A stretch of DNA of 64,000 nucleotides from Bispira polyomma (taxonomy: Eukaryota). The translations under genes and the position numbers were made by a program. The notes under the pieces are model-generated. The model was not told the DNA's origin. It saw only the letters and a program-made list of their open reading frames with translations, and made no database searches. Below are positions 23,738 through 38,208 of the stretch, one piece after another (position 1 is the first letter of the stretch; the number at the start of each line of letters is the position of its first letter). The stretch spans positions 41,726,001 through 41,790,000 of the forward strand of contig OZ287749.1 of assembly GCA_965649765.1 (NCBI GenBank). Reading direction: 5' to 3'.

Positions 23738-23743
23738 AATAAA
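23738..23743 (+). terminator. Candidate distal poly(A) signal of the ATF3-like gene
   Basis: AATAAA followed ~25-40 nt later by a T/GT-rich tract. Earlier AATAAA hexamers (~21006, ~21605, ~23063) are alternatives. Confidence 0.3.
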
Positions 23744-25199
23744 ATATATTCTAATATGATATTCAGATGGTTTTTTCTTCTTTGAATTTTACTTAAGTTC
23801 AGTCGTCCGAATAATTACTTGTGTTAAAAGCTTCTGGACTTATAGCTTGTATATCAGTGGTGATATTGCCCGATTTCCCATATTTGTCGTTTGGGCTAAA
23901 CTTCTGAATTTCACTGGAGAGACGCCATTTTAAATGATGAAACTACTACCGGATAAGTACAGAAAAAGGTTCCCAATTATACCATGTTTTATTCTCATTT
24001 GATATTACTTCACCCAAGATGGTTTTTCTCCAAGGCAATTCTGGAATTTTTAGCAAACAACTCTGAATCAAGATAAAATTCACAAAAATTATTTGATACA
24101 GATTCCCATAGTAATTTGATATGTGCACAAACTAAAGCTGTTTCCTCCACTGACATCTACATCCAAGGACCATTATCAAATTCAGACATCTCTCACAATA
24201 AGTGACTCCCCAATAGTCGAGGCAGCTACGTGTACTATACTAGCTAGTCCGGTGCTATGCTGGCTGTTAATACTAGGGATATTACTGCAGCATATCCAGA
24301 GCCATGTGTCACCTGGACGTTGTTGGATTGGATCAGCATTCAAACATCTACACAACTCTTCTACTAACCCCTATAAGGTGTCACACTGACCCAATGGTTA
24401 GTAGCGTTTGCTTTGTAATCACTGGTTTCTCAGCAATTTAGGTTTGAATCCCGATCATGTCACAAAGTTTGTCAGGTACTTGCTGTAGGCTGGTGGTTTA
24501 CAGTGTTACAGCACTGGTTTCCTCCACCATTAAATCTGGCCGTTAGGATATGACCTAAGCTGTTGAAAGTGACATACTTCATTGGATCCTGTGCCTTTTC
24601 TGTTGTAGCACTTGCACTATAGAATAATTTATTAACCAATAAACCCTCTCTGGCCCTAGAAGTAACCTTCACATTCACTTTACCCTCCCCCCACCAACCC
24701 CCATAGTCCTCTTTCTCCACGAATTTGCATTAGAAACAGACTACGATTTTAACAACTTTGTCATAGATGTCACGCTTTGAAGATGCTTGGCAACAATTAG
24801 GCATCGTCAAAAATCTCTGTCATATCGTGTAGAAAATCAACTAAATTTAAACTCTACTAACTCCCTAGTTGGGCCTTTGGTGTTATCTGTTGTTTTTTTC
24901 TTATCTCTTATCTAAGTTATTTCCTAAGCCAAGGAGGTAATGTTTTTGGCCTTATCTTTTTAAAAGGTAGTTCTGGTTCATCAAATGATTCACTCAAAGG
25001 GGACATCAAAATTTAACCATAAAAATTCAGGATCATTGTAAATTTTGAAGTTCAGGTGGCAGCACATCTAACTTGTTGAAGTTTATAAAATTTATTTTCA
25101 GGAACCACAAACACCTTTCCTCTCTTATACATGTAATTATTTGTGTCAATATATAAATACTATGTAGCTACTTTATCAGAAAATGTTTCATTAATATAT

Positions 25200-25950
25200 A
25201 CTGGTCAAAATAAAATGGGACTCCGGCATATAAATGTTTAAAATTTCAAACATGTCGAGAATTTTAATTATTTTGACATATTTTTATTAACATATCCATT
25301 TTCCATATACTAAGCTATTGTTCCTCCCAATTTTTTTTCCCTTGAAACATTACACAGAAAATCATGTGATGGGCGAATAATCTAAATTCACAAGCACACA
25401 GAATTTCAGATGTCAAGAAATTGTTGTTTTTAACATGGCAATTTATTGAAAATACTACCTTTTTCTACTCTCATTCAGGTTTATACACTCTATACAACAT
25501 CTATGAATAGTTACTACAGTGTTCTGGATCACTTGCTTATCCAGGTTGTCCCACTTACTTCTGTGGGCCTGGATGAGCATGTCCCCATTGGAACAGGTGG
25601 ATTATGATCTAAAACACTGTTGTGACTATGCGAAGACATAGTACTGAGTGTATTAACCTGAATGGGGCTACAACCTACTATTAACAGTTATTTTTTCAAT
25701 AAATTGGCAAGTGAAAGACAACTTTCATTTTCTTGACATCTGTTTCCTGTGCTTGTGAATTTGGATTTCTCGCCCATCACATTCTTTGCTTGTTAATTCC
25801 TTAAAGAATTTTTTTGGGAAGCAACAATAGCTTGAAAAAAAGAAGAAAATAGATATGTTAATACAAATACATATTAAAATAATAAAAATTCTTCACACTT
25901 TTAAAATTACCAACATTTATATGTCGGAGTCCTATTTTATTTTGACCAGT
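25200..25950. mobile_element. Long, near-palindromic MITE (foldback-like)
   Basis: ACTGGTCAAAATAAAATGGGACTCCGGCATATAAATGTT / AACATTTATATGTCGGAGTCCTATTTTATTTTGACCAGT. Inverted similarity continues ~330 bp inward (e.g. TGTGATGGGCGA / TCGCCCATCACA). Confidence 0.8.
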
Positions 25951-26659
25951 TTACATGTATATTGTATTGTATTTGGGAATTTTAACTCGCCTTGCGAGGC
26001 ATCTTTTAAATTGCAACAACAGAATTACTTAACCTATAGAGAAGTCCAGAAAACATAGCCACGGTCGTAAGGAAAGATATGGGGGTGTACAAGGAGGTAA
26101 CTAAGAGGGGTAAGCGAGTTTGGAGAGGGTTTAAGCTTTTTCCTAAAACCAGAACTGTCAAGTGATCTAAGCTCAACAGGGAGACTATTCCATACCATAG
26201 GGGCAGCAATAGAGAAAGCTCTAGATCCAGCCCTGTTGGTAGGTTTAACAGATGAAACAGGAAGTATAGATTTAGTTTTGAAAATTTACCCCTGTAATAT
26301 ATGTGTGCATTATTAATTAACTTAATATCTAATAACAAGAAAATTACTTTATCAGCCATTATTATACGGTAATGTATCACAAATTTTAGAACAGACGTGA
26401 TTCATGTTGTACATGATGACACTTCATTTACATTTGCCAAAGTATTTAACTTTATTGAGTGCATAATGATTTTGATATATTTTGTTTTGTTATGTATAAT
26501 TTTATACATACCACTGCTGCAAATAAAAAAGGATTATAGAATCATACTGCACTCATACATTACAACGAACATGGAAAAGTACTATTTTATGTTGCGTATA
26601 TAAAGTCATAGTGTCCTCTTATATTACACACCACACAAAAACTGAGCAAATATATACAC

Positions 26660-27850
26660 TTTATTATTCATAAACAATATTTTTTATTGGAACAAAACAA
26701 TTAGGCAAAATCAAAAAGATTATTATAAAGCCTTCTCGCAGGAAGATATATATATATATATACAAAAGAAACAAAATAGAAAAATAACATAGAATGATGA
26801 ATGAAAAGATGAGATGGTGTGTTGGCACTGTAGCAATTAAAAACTATGAAACCGGTTTGTTTCCCTTAAAAATTCTTGAACTGTTCGAAATATTGTCTGG
26901 TTTTGTTCAAATGTCAAGTCAAGGCTACCAAATAATAGAGTTTCAGTTGTAACAGCAGGAATATCATATAATTTAGCTAACATTAACTGTCTCGGTATGG
27001 CATAGTTTATACAATCTAAAAGGAAATGTGTATTATTTTCATCAGATAGGCCACAATCACAAGTGCAATTGCTCAAGACATGTAAATATTTTGTGAGGTG
27101 TTCCTTAAGAGGGCTACAGTTCATGCACATTCTAGCATGAATTGCATTCCAGTACCGTTCACCTTCAACAAACAATTTTTTACGGAATTTAACTAGTTTT
27201 TCATTACACTTAAATTGTCGTTTGCGTAATATGTATTTGAATGTAGAGAGAGTTGTTGCATATTTGAGTGAGTTGTCAAGTTCATTCCAGAGTTTTATCC
27301 CAGCTGGAATGAAAGAACTTTGGTGCATATTTATTCTACATTTTGGAACCTGAAAATCATGTCGGTTTCGAAGTTGATATGTGATGGTACTTCCAATTGC
27401 AGGAGGAATTAAGTTTTTTAGATAACTCGGAGCTAAATCATGTGTAATTTTATACATCATTATCAACACATGCTGTTCACGCCTACTGCATAAATTTTGC
27501 CAGCCTAGTTCCTCAAAGAGTGAGCGAATGTTAGATCTAAAAGGAGCACCAGACACAAGCCTCATAGCATTAACCTGAATACTATCTAGTTTGCGTAAAT
27601 CAGAGTGGCTAGCCCCAGCCCAAACAACATCACCATATTCCAAAATGGGTCTAATAAAAGCAAAGTACATTTTCTCCAGTGTAATTCTGCTAACTTGATA
27701 TTTTAACTGCTTTAGCATGTTCAATCGCTTTCCAGCTTTAGTACTGATTTCATCTATATGCATATGCCAGCCCAAGTTATCCTCAAGCCAAAGCCCTACA
27801 TGTTTATGTTTAGCCACATTAACAATTGGTGTGTTGTGTAAGTACAACCT
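26660..27850 (-). mobile_element. 5'-truncated CR1/L2-group LINE (post-RT region of ORF2 plus 3' UTR); related 3' UTR fragment at ~32257-32370
   Basis: ORF 27847-26837: KHVGLWLEDNLGW..HI, MYFAFIRPILEYGDVVW, LGWQNL..RR, SFIPAGIKLWNEL, CDCG....HFLLDC. Confidence 0.85.
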
Positions 27851-28464
27851 TGGATTTTCATTTTTGTTTATTATGTCCTTATATAGAAAAAAACTACACT
27901 ACTTTTAGCAAGTTAGTGTTATTAACCAGAAATAGACTTGCAGAGAGGAGAGTGTTTGTGATCATTGTCTGAGGTATGTAATAATGATTTATAAAACTAT
28001 TGTACATTATACTCAGTGAAAATGTCAGCCGAGGTAAATGTCAACGATTTACAGATTTTGAGCAATTCAAAAGAATTTATTTCAATATTAACCAGTTTTT
28101 TCCTTGGGAAGAATTTTTTTTTTCAATCCGAGGTCATCAGTTAAATTATTTCCTAGAGAAAACATATTTTCTAAGTTTAAAAGGCATAAATTTTGGAAAG
28201 TACAAGATAAAAAGAAATTGTTACAGGGAAGGGGAACCAAGAAAATGAGGAAACTTCTATATAAAGCTATTACATAAAAATCACCTGAAAAGGTTGTTTT
28301 AACTATAAATCATTTCCAAATATAATCTCTTGGATGCGCGAAAAAGAAAATACCTGGATGACTGTTAAACTATAAGCTTCGCCTTTCAGAAAAGTCCAAC
28401 CCGTGAACCATTGAATCGTGGAATAAGCCCCAAATCTCCCATCGGAGCCCCTTGTGCTTCTGAA

Positions 28465-28519
28465 TGACGTCAGTGCGATATGAACAAGCCTCAACAGGGA
28501 CGGCCTAATATGGTAAACA
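28465..28519. promoter_or_regulatory. Candidate CRE + CArG (SRE) enhancer module
   Basis: Perfect TGACGTCA (28465-28472), CCTAATATGG (28504-28513) and forkhead-like GTAAACA (28513-28519) in a CpG-containing patch. Confidence 0.4.
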
Positions 28520-28640
28520 TGAACTAACTCCATGCTCCGTTATCTGGTTCTGTTTAGGAGTAAATATCTCACATAGAAAATAATATACATTTTGAGCTTT
28601 TTTTTTCCATTTCGCTTGTAACCTTGTTTGTGTTAGTTTA

Positions 28641-28791
28641 NNNNNNNNNNNNNNNNNNNNNNNNNNNNNNNNNNNNNNNNNNNNNNNNNNNNNNNNNNNN
28701 NNNNNNNNNNNNNNNNNNNNNNNNNNNNNNNNNNNNNNNNNNNNNNNNNNNNNNNNNNNNNNNNNNNNNNNNNNNNNNNNNNNNNNNNNNN
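28641..28791. other. Assembly gap (151 N)
   Basis: Run of N. Confidence 1.
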
Positions 28792-28866
28792 TGTATTTGT
28801 AAGTAGTGCCTCGTAAGCCCAAGTAAAATGGGCTGGCTGCCTAGCTAATGTATTATAGTTCATGTT

Positions 28867-28930
28867 GCGCCTTAGATTTTTTTGTACGAAGATTAAGCGC
28901 TATAAAAGTACGATTAGATTAGATTAGATT
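28867..28930 (+). mobile_element. L2-type LINE 3' tail; another degenerate copy at ~56800-56862
   Basis: GCGCCTTAG...GATTAAGCGCTATAAAAG followed by (ATTAG)n. Confidence 0.65.
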
Positions 28931-30265
28931 ATGTTTATGTATATGCAAGTGGCACTATAATAAATAAATTCTCTCTATATATACACAAAGATTTTTTTTT
29001 ATTAAACATATATTTCTGCTTCCAAATTAATTTTAACTAAATGAACACACTTTAGTTGTTTTATCTATTTTACAGGACACAAAATGTAAAGTGTTTTGAA
29101 AGCCGTAGTACACGACAGCTGGTAAATATAAGGTGTCCTTAAAACCATGTTATAACCTTTTAAAACTCGTTAAGAAAACCCATGTTGGTATTGGTTTTGG
29201 TTATTAATAGTTAATTACAAGTGTAGCAGTTATGCGGCGTAGAAAAAAAGTTCTGGAAATTTGTTTTTATTTCCTCTTGTTTTTTTTCTAAATATGGCAC
29301 CCGAAACCTTGTGACAGTCACTCATTTTTCCAAAAGCCCCACTTTAAAGAAGCTAGATTTTATTTGATATAAAATTCTATGAACCTATCCAAACTCACAA
29401 CATATCTAAAATGAAAACAGTGCCAGTGAAGTTACCTTTTATCTGAAAAACTGTGATTCACCTCATTTACCCAATTTATATATACAGGTCCGCTTTTCGA
29501 TGATTTAGCAAGTTTTTTTTTTCTAAACTGGGCACTTAAAAAGGCATAATAAAAAAAGGATGACAAAATATAGAAATATGCAGTTGGTTTGAAGTTTGTT
29601 TTACAAGACTACATTAGGAATACCCCAAAAGTTTCTGCTGTGAAATGGGCTAACTTCCGTCCATACTTCCCTTCCATCTTTGACAGATCACACAATTGTA
29701 CAGATTTCAGAAAGACAGGTAAGTTTTTTTTTTTTGTTTTTTGGTTTTTTTTTCTTCCTAAATGACAGAATGTTAAGGTTATAATTGTATAAATAAAAAT
29801 AACCTGTTTAAACTTGTCCCAGGCAAGTTTTGTCAAAAGGAAATGGGTTGTTGTCGTTCCCACAAAGAAACATGCCTGGACATGTCTAAATAAAGCATTT
29901 TTCAAAAAAAAAAAAAAATATTCTGAAGAAATAAAGTTTGTGGAATATTGAGATGTTGCATAAATAGTAACAAATCAACTTGTTTGTGTAGGGGAATATG
30001 AATAAATATGTTCAGGGAATTTGCAAGGATATTAAGACGATTACCTTGAGAAAAGTAAGTAACCCACAAAAAAAAACCAAAAAAACAGTTGTTAATTGTG
30101 TTACATGTAACATATATATATATAGTTGGCTTTGTTTACCAGCTTCTGCTGTTTGAGAAAACATTTGTTTCGCCGGAATAAAATTGCAACTAATTCACAG
30201 GAATGATTTGTCAATGTGGGCCAATCTTTATAGAAGAAATGAATACATATTTATATAACCACTAA

Positions 30266-30605
30266 AAGCCAATTCAGCATTTCGAGTGAGTTTGTGCTAC
30301 GGTTCGGGATAAACAAATCACTGCAAATATTTAAAGCAGATCAAGTATTCTCATTTTGTTGAATTAATTGTTCATTATAAGGTACAAAAATTGTAAAAAA
30401 AAATGAAATTATAATAAATGAGCTCTCATTATAACCTTTCTGTAGAAACCAAGATTGCCAAAATTATTGCTTTATTTGTTTTTATTTTTTTGGAATTTGA
30501 AGTGTAAGGAAATTGGCGCTATAATGCAAGATTTGTTGCTATGCCTCACACGTGCTATATTTTATCCTGAGTTGGACATGCGCACTCGAAATACTGAATT
30601 GGCTT
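30266..30605. mobile_element. MITE with ~23-bp TIRs
   Basis: AAGCCAATTCAGCATTTCGAGTG / CACTCGAAATACTGAATTGGCTT. Confidence 0.7.
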
Positions 30606-31039
30606 AATAAATATTCATGTTTTATCTTTGTACAATTACAAAGAGTTTTCCGTGTCTTGTATTTAGTCAGTAGTCTCCTGTGTTATTATATATATATATA
30701 TACTTGTATGGTTTTGTATCTTTAGTTAGTGCTGTACCTAATGTTTATCTTTCTAATAAAATTTTAAAAATACTATATTCACTATTGATTCTTATTAGCG
30801 AAAATAAATTCCTAGTACAACTGTTCACTTTATTATTGTACATTATTTTCCTAGGGAATGTCAATATAATCTATTCTGTACTTTCATTTTCTTGTAATAA
30901 GCTGTCTTGTATAAATCCTAAGCTATTTTTCTATTAGTATTACATAATGTGATAAAGATCACTTGTAAGTTTCCACATACATAAATATAACCATATATTC
31001 ACTTAAAATTTTTTAAAAATACCAAAATGTGAGAATTTG

Positions 31040-31245
31040 AATGTGCTTCCACATGGGCACCGAGGCTTGCTGGAGGATGACAATTTATCAATGTCCCCCA
31101 AGGATCTTTAATCTGCTACTGGAGATAATTCTCAGTGACAGAAGACTGCCATTTTAAGTGGTTATCCAAGCCATTATAGGCAAACTTGTGTTCACATCTT
31201 GCCCCAGGATGTTAACCCATCAAAATGAAACTGGCGGCTAGTTTA
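31040..31245 (-). mobile_element. SINE family A (other copies ~39410-39590 minus, ~45948-46060, 46440-46700, 48545-48705 + 52403-52435 minus, ~60775-61060, ~63960-64000 minus)
   Basis: Shared GCAAGATGTGAACAC..GCCTA..GGCTTGG..CACTTAAAA..CTGTCACTG..ATAAAT.GTCATCCT core, tRNA-like head in the full copies, and L2-like ATAAGTGCGCT.TAACAAAT tail. Confidence 0.7.
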
Positions 31246-34200
31246 ATGTGGTGTGGATAAAATTGTAAAATAATTTAACATACTTTAATTTATGCCAATA
31301 TGTACCCTTTAGAGAAAGTTATATACGTGTACTTTGTGTCATTCTACAATGATCAGACATACGGCGGCCAATATCAGTTCATATTGTACTAGTATATGAC
31401 ACCTAGAGGAGTAACACGTCAATACTATATGTGTACACTGTGGTACCTGTTACATCCCTTGACGGGACATTCTTTATTTCATGATCCTTATAGTTAGTTT
31501 TGCTGTTTGACGATAGATGTCACTGTTGTTTTAATATGCTACCGTTTAATGCAAAAACTGTATAGGGAAGCAATACTACTTCATAATATCTCCTCTTTTG
31601 GTAAATTTTTGTATTGATTGTATATTTAATTAGTATCACCTTCAAATTTTTGTGGTTTATGTGACAGATGTTTTACACTTCATTATATGATTTAATTTGT
31701 ATAATAAATACATGAGGATCCAGTAGTAGGGGTTCTTTAGTATCAGCTTACACTGGTGTTAATGTGTCTTTTTTGGGTCAATACTGTTGCTATATTATCA
31801 TGTGATAAACATGTTTGATTAACAAATTAATAAGTTAATGGACATTCTTCAAAAATAAACTACTAAATTTTATACATGTTAGAAGTCTGTAGACAATGAC
31901 ACCATGGTGCATTGTGTCGACGTAGTAGTTGATGTTCTTTGTAAATGAATAGAAAACCCTCTCAGTTATCTAAATGGCAAGGTTTTGGGTGAAGGGTGTT
32001 CTCTATGAGCAACACTCTGGTGTCTGAGAGTAACTAAAAACATAGAATCTATCTGATTAAACGGACATTTCCCCTTTAGTAGATCGGTTCCTGACCCCCC
32101 CCCCCCCCCAACCCCCCTCCCAACATCCTTGCTCACGAGCTGGTATTGGACTTCTCGATGGGTTAATAGATTCTGTTGTTGTACTTTCGAAGAAGCCTTG
32201 CATCAATAAGGTAAGCTAAAAATGCAAAATAAAATACTACATTTCCATAACAGCTACTTTTTTTTCATAAACAATATTTTATAAACAATTGGGCAAAATC
32301 TACAAGCAATTGTATTACGCCCTCTTGCACGAAGAACTATTTGCAAAAGGAAGAAAAAAGATAATTACATAAAAAAAAATGAATAGGTGCTTTATTTCTC
32401 GATGGCTGCAACCAATATGTGTAATAAATAACCCTCATTGCATTATTAGTGCAAAATAATACACTCCACTTTCATCAGAATTCCTTATTATGTTGACCCC
32501 CAAATGGCAATATAATTTAATATGGTTGAGGCCTTGGAGTTGGGCTGTTGTCTGGACAGATAATTGAAGCAATGACGTCACATACCCTAATTCAGAGACA
32601 TATCAGAAGTATATACCTGGACATGTTGTCCAGATTTAGAAGTGACTAACACTCCAGGTATGTCCACCACTTCACGGACTGAAGATGACACACATGTAAC
32701 ACGACTGTGTATTCACACAATTACACTGTGACTAATGAAACTCAGACATGCACTGATTCAATTACTCCCACTGTCACAGTCACACAGACCCGAACATCTA
32801 CACACACACACCTAACCATACACAACCATACACCAAAGCTGGATCAATTCAGAAACAGTCATTGCTCCTACGACCAACTGTTGCATTCACACATTCATAC
32901 ACCCACTCAGCAACCTGGGGAATTTCACCTGTAAATTGAGTGTGTGAATGAACATTTCATCAGAGATCACCCATACTTTCAATGAGTAAACACCTGAGAT
33001 AAAGTTATCAGTGCAATGTTTGATTGTTACACTATATCATCGTCTGACTCATCATATCCCACATTCCTATTGATTGTTGAAGTATTAAAACAAAATCAGT
33101 GATAAGGAATAAGAGGATTTTTCACTTGAAACTATTAGAACATATCACGTTACAGCTTGTGTGTATCAATTACATGATCGTATATTATAAGCCCCCCTCC
33201 CCTCCTCCCCAAACATTGTGTCATTCTGTACCCTCTAATGTTGTCTGAAAGGGAAGGCGAAGTTTTGCAATCATTTCCAATAATAGCTCATCAATAAGTG
33301 ACACAGAAATTCTTTGTGGGATTAAATTTCTAAAGACTTTTCTAAAGGGCAGTTTGACAATATAACTGTATTGCAGGTAACAATAGTCATTCACCTAGTT
33401 GTCGCCGTGAATGGCGGGCCATATAATAGAAAAAGATTCTAGATATTAGACAAAAAATGCCCAACACATCATCTGATTGGCATGTTCAGAAAGGAATGTC
33501 TCAAACAGTGCTGTTATATTTCAAAGCTTTTCCACCAAAAGGATGATCACACAAGTGAAGTTTTAATACAAGAACAGTCCCAGGCTTACCTGATTGCTGT
33601 TCTGGAAAGAGAACTTTGTAATTTAATCAAAAATCACTTCATTTAAGTTACATTGTGTCTAGGGTATAAACTACATGGCAGACAACTGTCGATAATCTTT
33701 GTATTGACATTGTGGTGACAAAGAAGTGAGGCAATGGGGGGAGGGGGGGGGGGTGGGTGGGTGGGTGCTGTATCTAGAAAGGAGTCTGCAGTTACAAGAA
33801 TATTACCGTTAACAGGTTCACAAACGTATTTGATCAAATGTGGTGGCTAGATAGTTTGATACATAGTTTAAATTGCACATGAGGAATTTTCTGGCATTGA
33901 AACAAAAGTGCTCACTCAATATAATGTACAACACTTATTTAATAAAATAGCTATAAAGGAAATAAAATATAGAACAGATAACCACACGTATATAGGTGTC
34001 ATTATTATGATGTAATTTAACTAAGTAGATTAGGGTTCTAGGCCTAGGGATTGTACTATATTTGTTTAATTATAAAGTGAACACTAAGGTGGACCGTAAC
34101 CTATACTGGGTAGTGTGCATAAGTGTGTATTTAGATCACATCAGTTCCTGTATGTGTTTTTATAAGGGTCACAGTCTCACATATTTTAATGTCCAGTGGG

Positions 34201-34919
34201 TGTTATCTAATTAAGCTGAGGTCAACAGCATATAGCTTCTAGCAGTGTTTTTTTGTTACTTGTTAAAACCATGTGTATAATGAAAAAGAATCATATCATA
34301 AATGGTTAGGGGGAAATCTTGTCATCAAATGGGGACGAAAGACAGTTTAATTATGACACCAGCTTGGCGTATTTAGCCTAATTAGAGTGGTTACATGTTA
34401 CTTTGACATTTACTGCTTTTAATTGCTGATGAAAGATATGTCCAAATTAATCATCAAAGGAGCTGACATGATTTAAGCGGAATACACGTTCAGATTTTAC
34501 AACTTTTTATCCATACGAGAAGATTTTTTTCCTGATGACGTTACCATGTGATTTTGCATGATCTTAACAACATTATTGTACATTCAATGCAACAACAATA
34601 ATGCTACCAAATTTGTGGATTATAATCATGTAATTTTTTATAAGAGCTTCGAACTACTCATCTCTGTGCAATTAAGAATCATTAACAAGGTAGTCTTAAC
34701 ATTCCATTCAGGGGACGATTGACAGTTTAATCAGTAATCTGGTGACTCATGTGTTTCCATTGAAGTGGTTGTAAGGGGTTATTTTGGTGTAAATGATAAA
34801 CTAAAGAATGAATCCCCTGGATTTTAATTCAAATATATATAGCATTACACACATACACAGTTATTGGAAAACTTTGTGTTTGTTTACAAGCCGACTGCTG
34901 ACTTAGTTGTCATTCCTAG

Positions 34920-35200
34920 GATGGAAAAAATAAATCGCCATTGCCAGTCAGCTTTATACATAACTTCAGAACCCCTAATTAAATTGCTTATGAAACAAAT
35001 AATGTTAATACAGAGAACTTATGGAGACGAAAAGGGACAATTTAAAAGTAATATGTATGCTGACGACACTCCAATCTATCTATCTCCCAACCCCCAAAAC
35101 ACCCACCAAAATCTGGCTCTACTGGATTACTCTCTTTTCTCAGTACCGGCTTCGATGAATTAATCCAAATCGGAAATAAATCTTAACAAAGTGAATTTAT
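34920..35200 (+). pseudogene. Highly decayed L1/Tx1-type RT fragment
   Basis: SEPLIKLL...MYADDTPIYLS...N*SKSEI resembles L1 RT EPL...YADD...INxxKSE. Confidence 0.55.
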
Positions 35201-38200
35201 TCTCATTGGTGGTAAGAAACACACTACATACTTGAGATCATTATTTCCTAATACATTACTGGGCAAAAATATTTGTCCTATGTTCATGACCTTGGGTAGC
35301 GACTTCGGGTTGATATAAAGCAACCTATAAATCGTACTGGTCGATACACTCGTCATACTTGATTTATGGAGCGACTTTAATGATCTCCATATGCACAAGT
35401 TGCATTCTCCACTCGCCCCTAACTCGACTACAGCTTGTGGTTTGTGCGACTACTTCACTTTGTTCAGAATGGGTTAAATCGCAATGATCGGTGGGTCAAC
35501 ACATTCTCTGTATTAATAATGAGGGGTCTAACCAGTCGATTATGGCGGTGATCGATATACATGGCCAACATAACAGGTGCGCTCTGCTCAACTACTGCAT
35601 GATCCTTGCAAAGGTATTACATGGTTAACTTAACCCATGACATGACGTCTTCTGCTGCGAGAGATCTATTGCAGAAGTTTTAGTTTAATTTCAATTGTCG
35701 CCCTAGTTTGTTCCGGCTAGGTAAGTAGGGTATACCAGACAGCCACTGGACATGACCATTCAAAGCTTGATCACAGGGCGATCACCAACAATCCACATCG
35801 ATTTAGCGTCCTGTCACAGTCTCCTAAATGGAAACACAAAACAAGAGTTGTCTTTTTAAAAAAAACAGGCGCACAGTGTCAGAAATATTAATATGTCGCC
35901 CCTTAGTAGCCAGGTTGATTGCTTCCAACCAATCCATGAATGACTTGCATATTATTTCCAACCCATGGTGGCAATATAAGGTAGCGCCTAATAATACTAA
36001 GCCGACACCCCTCATGATCGGTTTGCAAGGTCGATTATTTTCAAGCCACAAAGGCCTTACATATTTCTAAGGTGGCCACGCCCTTTACAGAATGAAATCA
36101 ATATTAAGCTGTGTCTGATAATAATATACAGGAAGTGATCAAAATTGCAATCACCAACTGAAGAATCTGCTACAAGCTTGTTTTAATGCAAGACCTGGTC
36201 ATGTATAAAAACAGTTGCTGAGATTTGGTTTGTGACCAAAACAAAACAACATACTTCACTCCATCTTTCAATTCCATTGTGTACAATCAATTCACCTATA
36301 CTTTACGACTTAGTGAAGTAAATTAGTAAAGTAACATTGCATTTTGATAAAGCACTTTCTTTTAAATTGCTGTACAGTTTATACCCCAGCCTGGGTTCTT
36401 CTACTTGTCAATCAATTGTTCACTGTCAGCTGCCTCAGTGGGCACACTAGCCGTGATGTCTTATACAGCGTACAGACTAAGTAAAGTACCTTGTCCAATG
36501 GTACAACCTGCAGCAAGGACTTAACCTGAACCCTGAAATCCTTTAGATCAAAAGTCTAATACTCTAACCGCTGGGTAGAGAGAAATTATGTTTTTGGTAA
36601 TGCACTCAAATACACAGAACATGTAGCTGGAAAAAATTTTACCAAGTTGCAAGAAATTTGCTGGAAATAATATTAAAATGAGACATGACAATTCGAGCAA
36701 TACTTCCGTCCTTTAATAAGCCCATTGTGTGTCACTTCAACCCCATTTGAGAAGAGGGTGGGGGTGGGGGGGGCTGCATATAGTCTCTATGACAAAAAAA
36801 GGGTTACTTGGTTTAAGTAGATTAAAATATTTGATGTATTGAGCCGTGCCATGTGACTTGTGTTCTGCCTTTTAATAATCCATAACACCTATCAGTTGAC
36901 ATCTGATCTAATTGAGACAAACAGATGAACTGAAGTCAAAACAAATAGTTCTTTTGCTTGTAATTACAGAACCTGGATTGAATTTAACTTTTAAGGCCAC
37001 CACTAATGCACAGATTAGGTTTACATGTGTATGTTTTCATAGCACTGTTGTGTGTGGAAACTGTCTTTTATTTATTTGTTTATTTTGAAAGCATTTATAT
37101 AGCACCCAATTGATGAACTATTCCACTAGATTCTAGAAGGGATAGCCCTGTACAGCATAGAATTGGTTGCCAGCAGTGGATAATAATGATATGTTCCCAT
37201 TTGGCCCAATGATGTTGGGCCTCCAGTAATCATAATGGTGTTACGCTGGTAGTATAATTGAGGTCTGTCTGATCGTCAGAACAACTCTTAAAAGGTTCTC
37301 CCCATTGTCTCATTGATGTCTCTTCAGTTCCTGTTGGTGTCACTCTGTTGTCTTTTTTTAAAAGAGACAATGAGGCAACGATGTCATATAAAAACCACAT
37401 CAACAGCTTAGTGGTCTTAAATCACTGTCGTGCGACAAGCAAAATTCATCATTTGTCATACTGTTGTTCTATCCTTGCCTCAATACTGTCTCATGGCTGT
37501 TCGATCTGTGTCTCCAGGGTGTCGCAATACTATCTCAATGATGGCGTAGGAAGGCCTCTTTTTCACCAACTAATTACTGCAACACTGTCATGCATTTTTT
37601 TCCTTTCTGGGAAGCCGGCTCGACCATTAGGCCACAGGAGACCACTTAAAATTACTTCAACATTGCAATATTTCTGAGCTGTGTTCATGTGACGATTCTA
37701 TGACAGCTTTTATGAATGCATAGCAGAACTTGATAAAGTGTGAGTATGGTGTATTTGTTTAGCAGTAAAGTTAACTAAACCCTCCTAAGTGTATGTACAC
37801 ATGTAAGCGGCCTCCGATTTCAGATGTACCATTTCCTAATGAGATTTCTCCTCCCCTCTCCTCTCCACACACACACACACACACCTCTACTTCTATGAAA
37901 TTGAGTGGGGTATCTGCGATTATACATTCTCATCCAATTTTTTCGGTCCTGGAGCGAAAAGTTCACATTAGGGAGCCGCAAATCGTGAGTTGCAATTCGC
38001 AGTCTGACACATGTGAACAAATTAACAAAATATATGAGGACAGAAAAAAAAGCGCTTACATGTGTACATACACTTACTACTGGTGTCTATGTCTAACTAG
38101 CTATAGAAAAGATAAGTAGAACACAGGTGTTTGAAGGCCCAGTTCAAAAATTAATTAGCTGTTGCCCACATCACAGACACAAGTAAAAAAGCAAATATCA

Positions 38201-38208
38201 TTATGCAC

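Noticed and set aside
28505-28863. ORFs spanning the N run
   Set aside because: Artefacts of the assembly gap.
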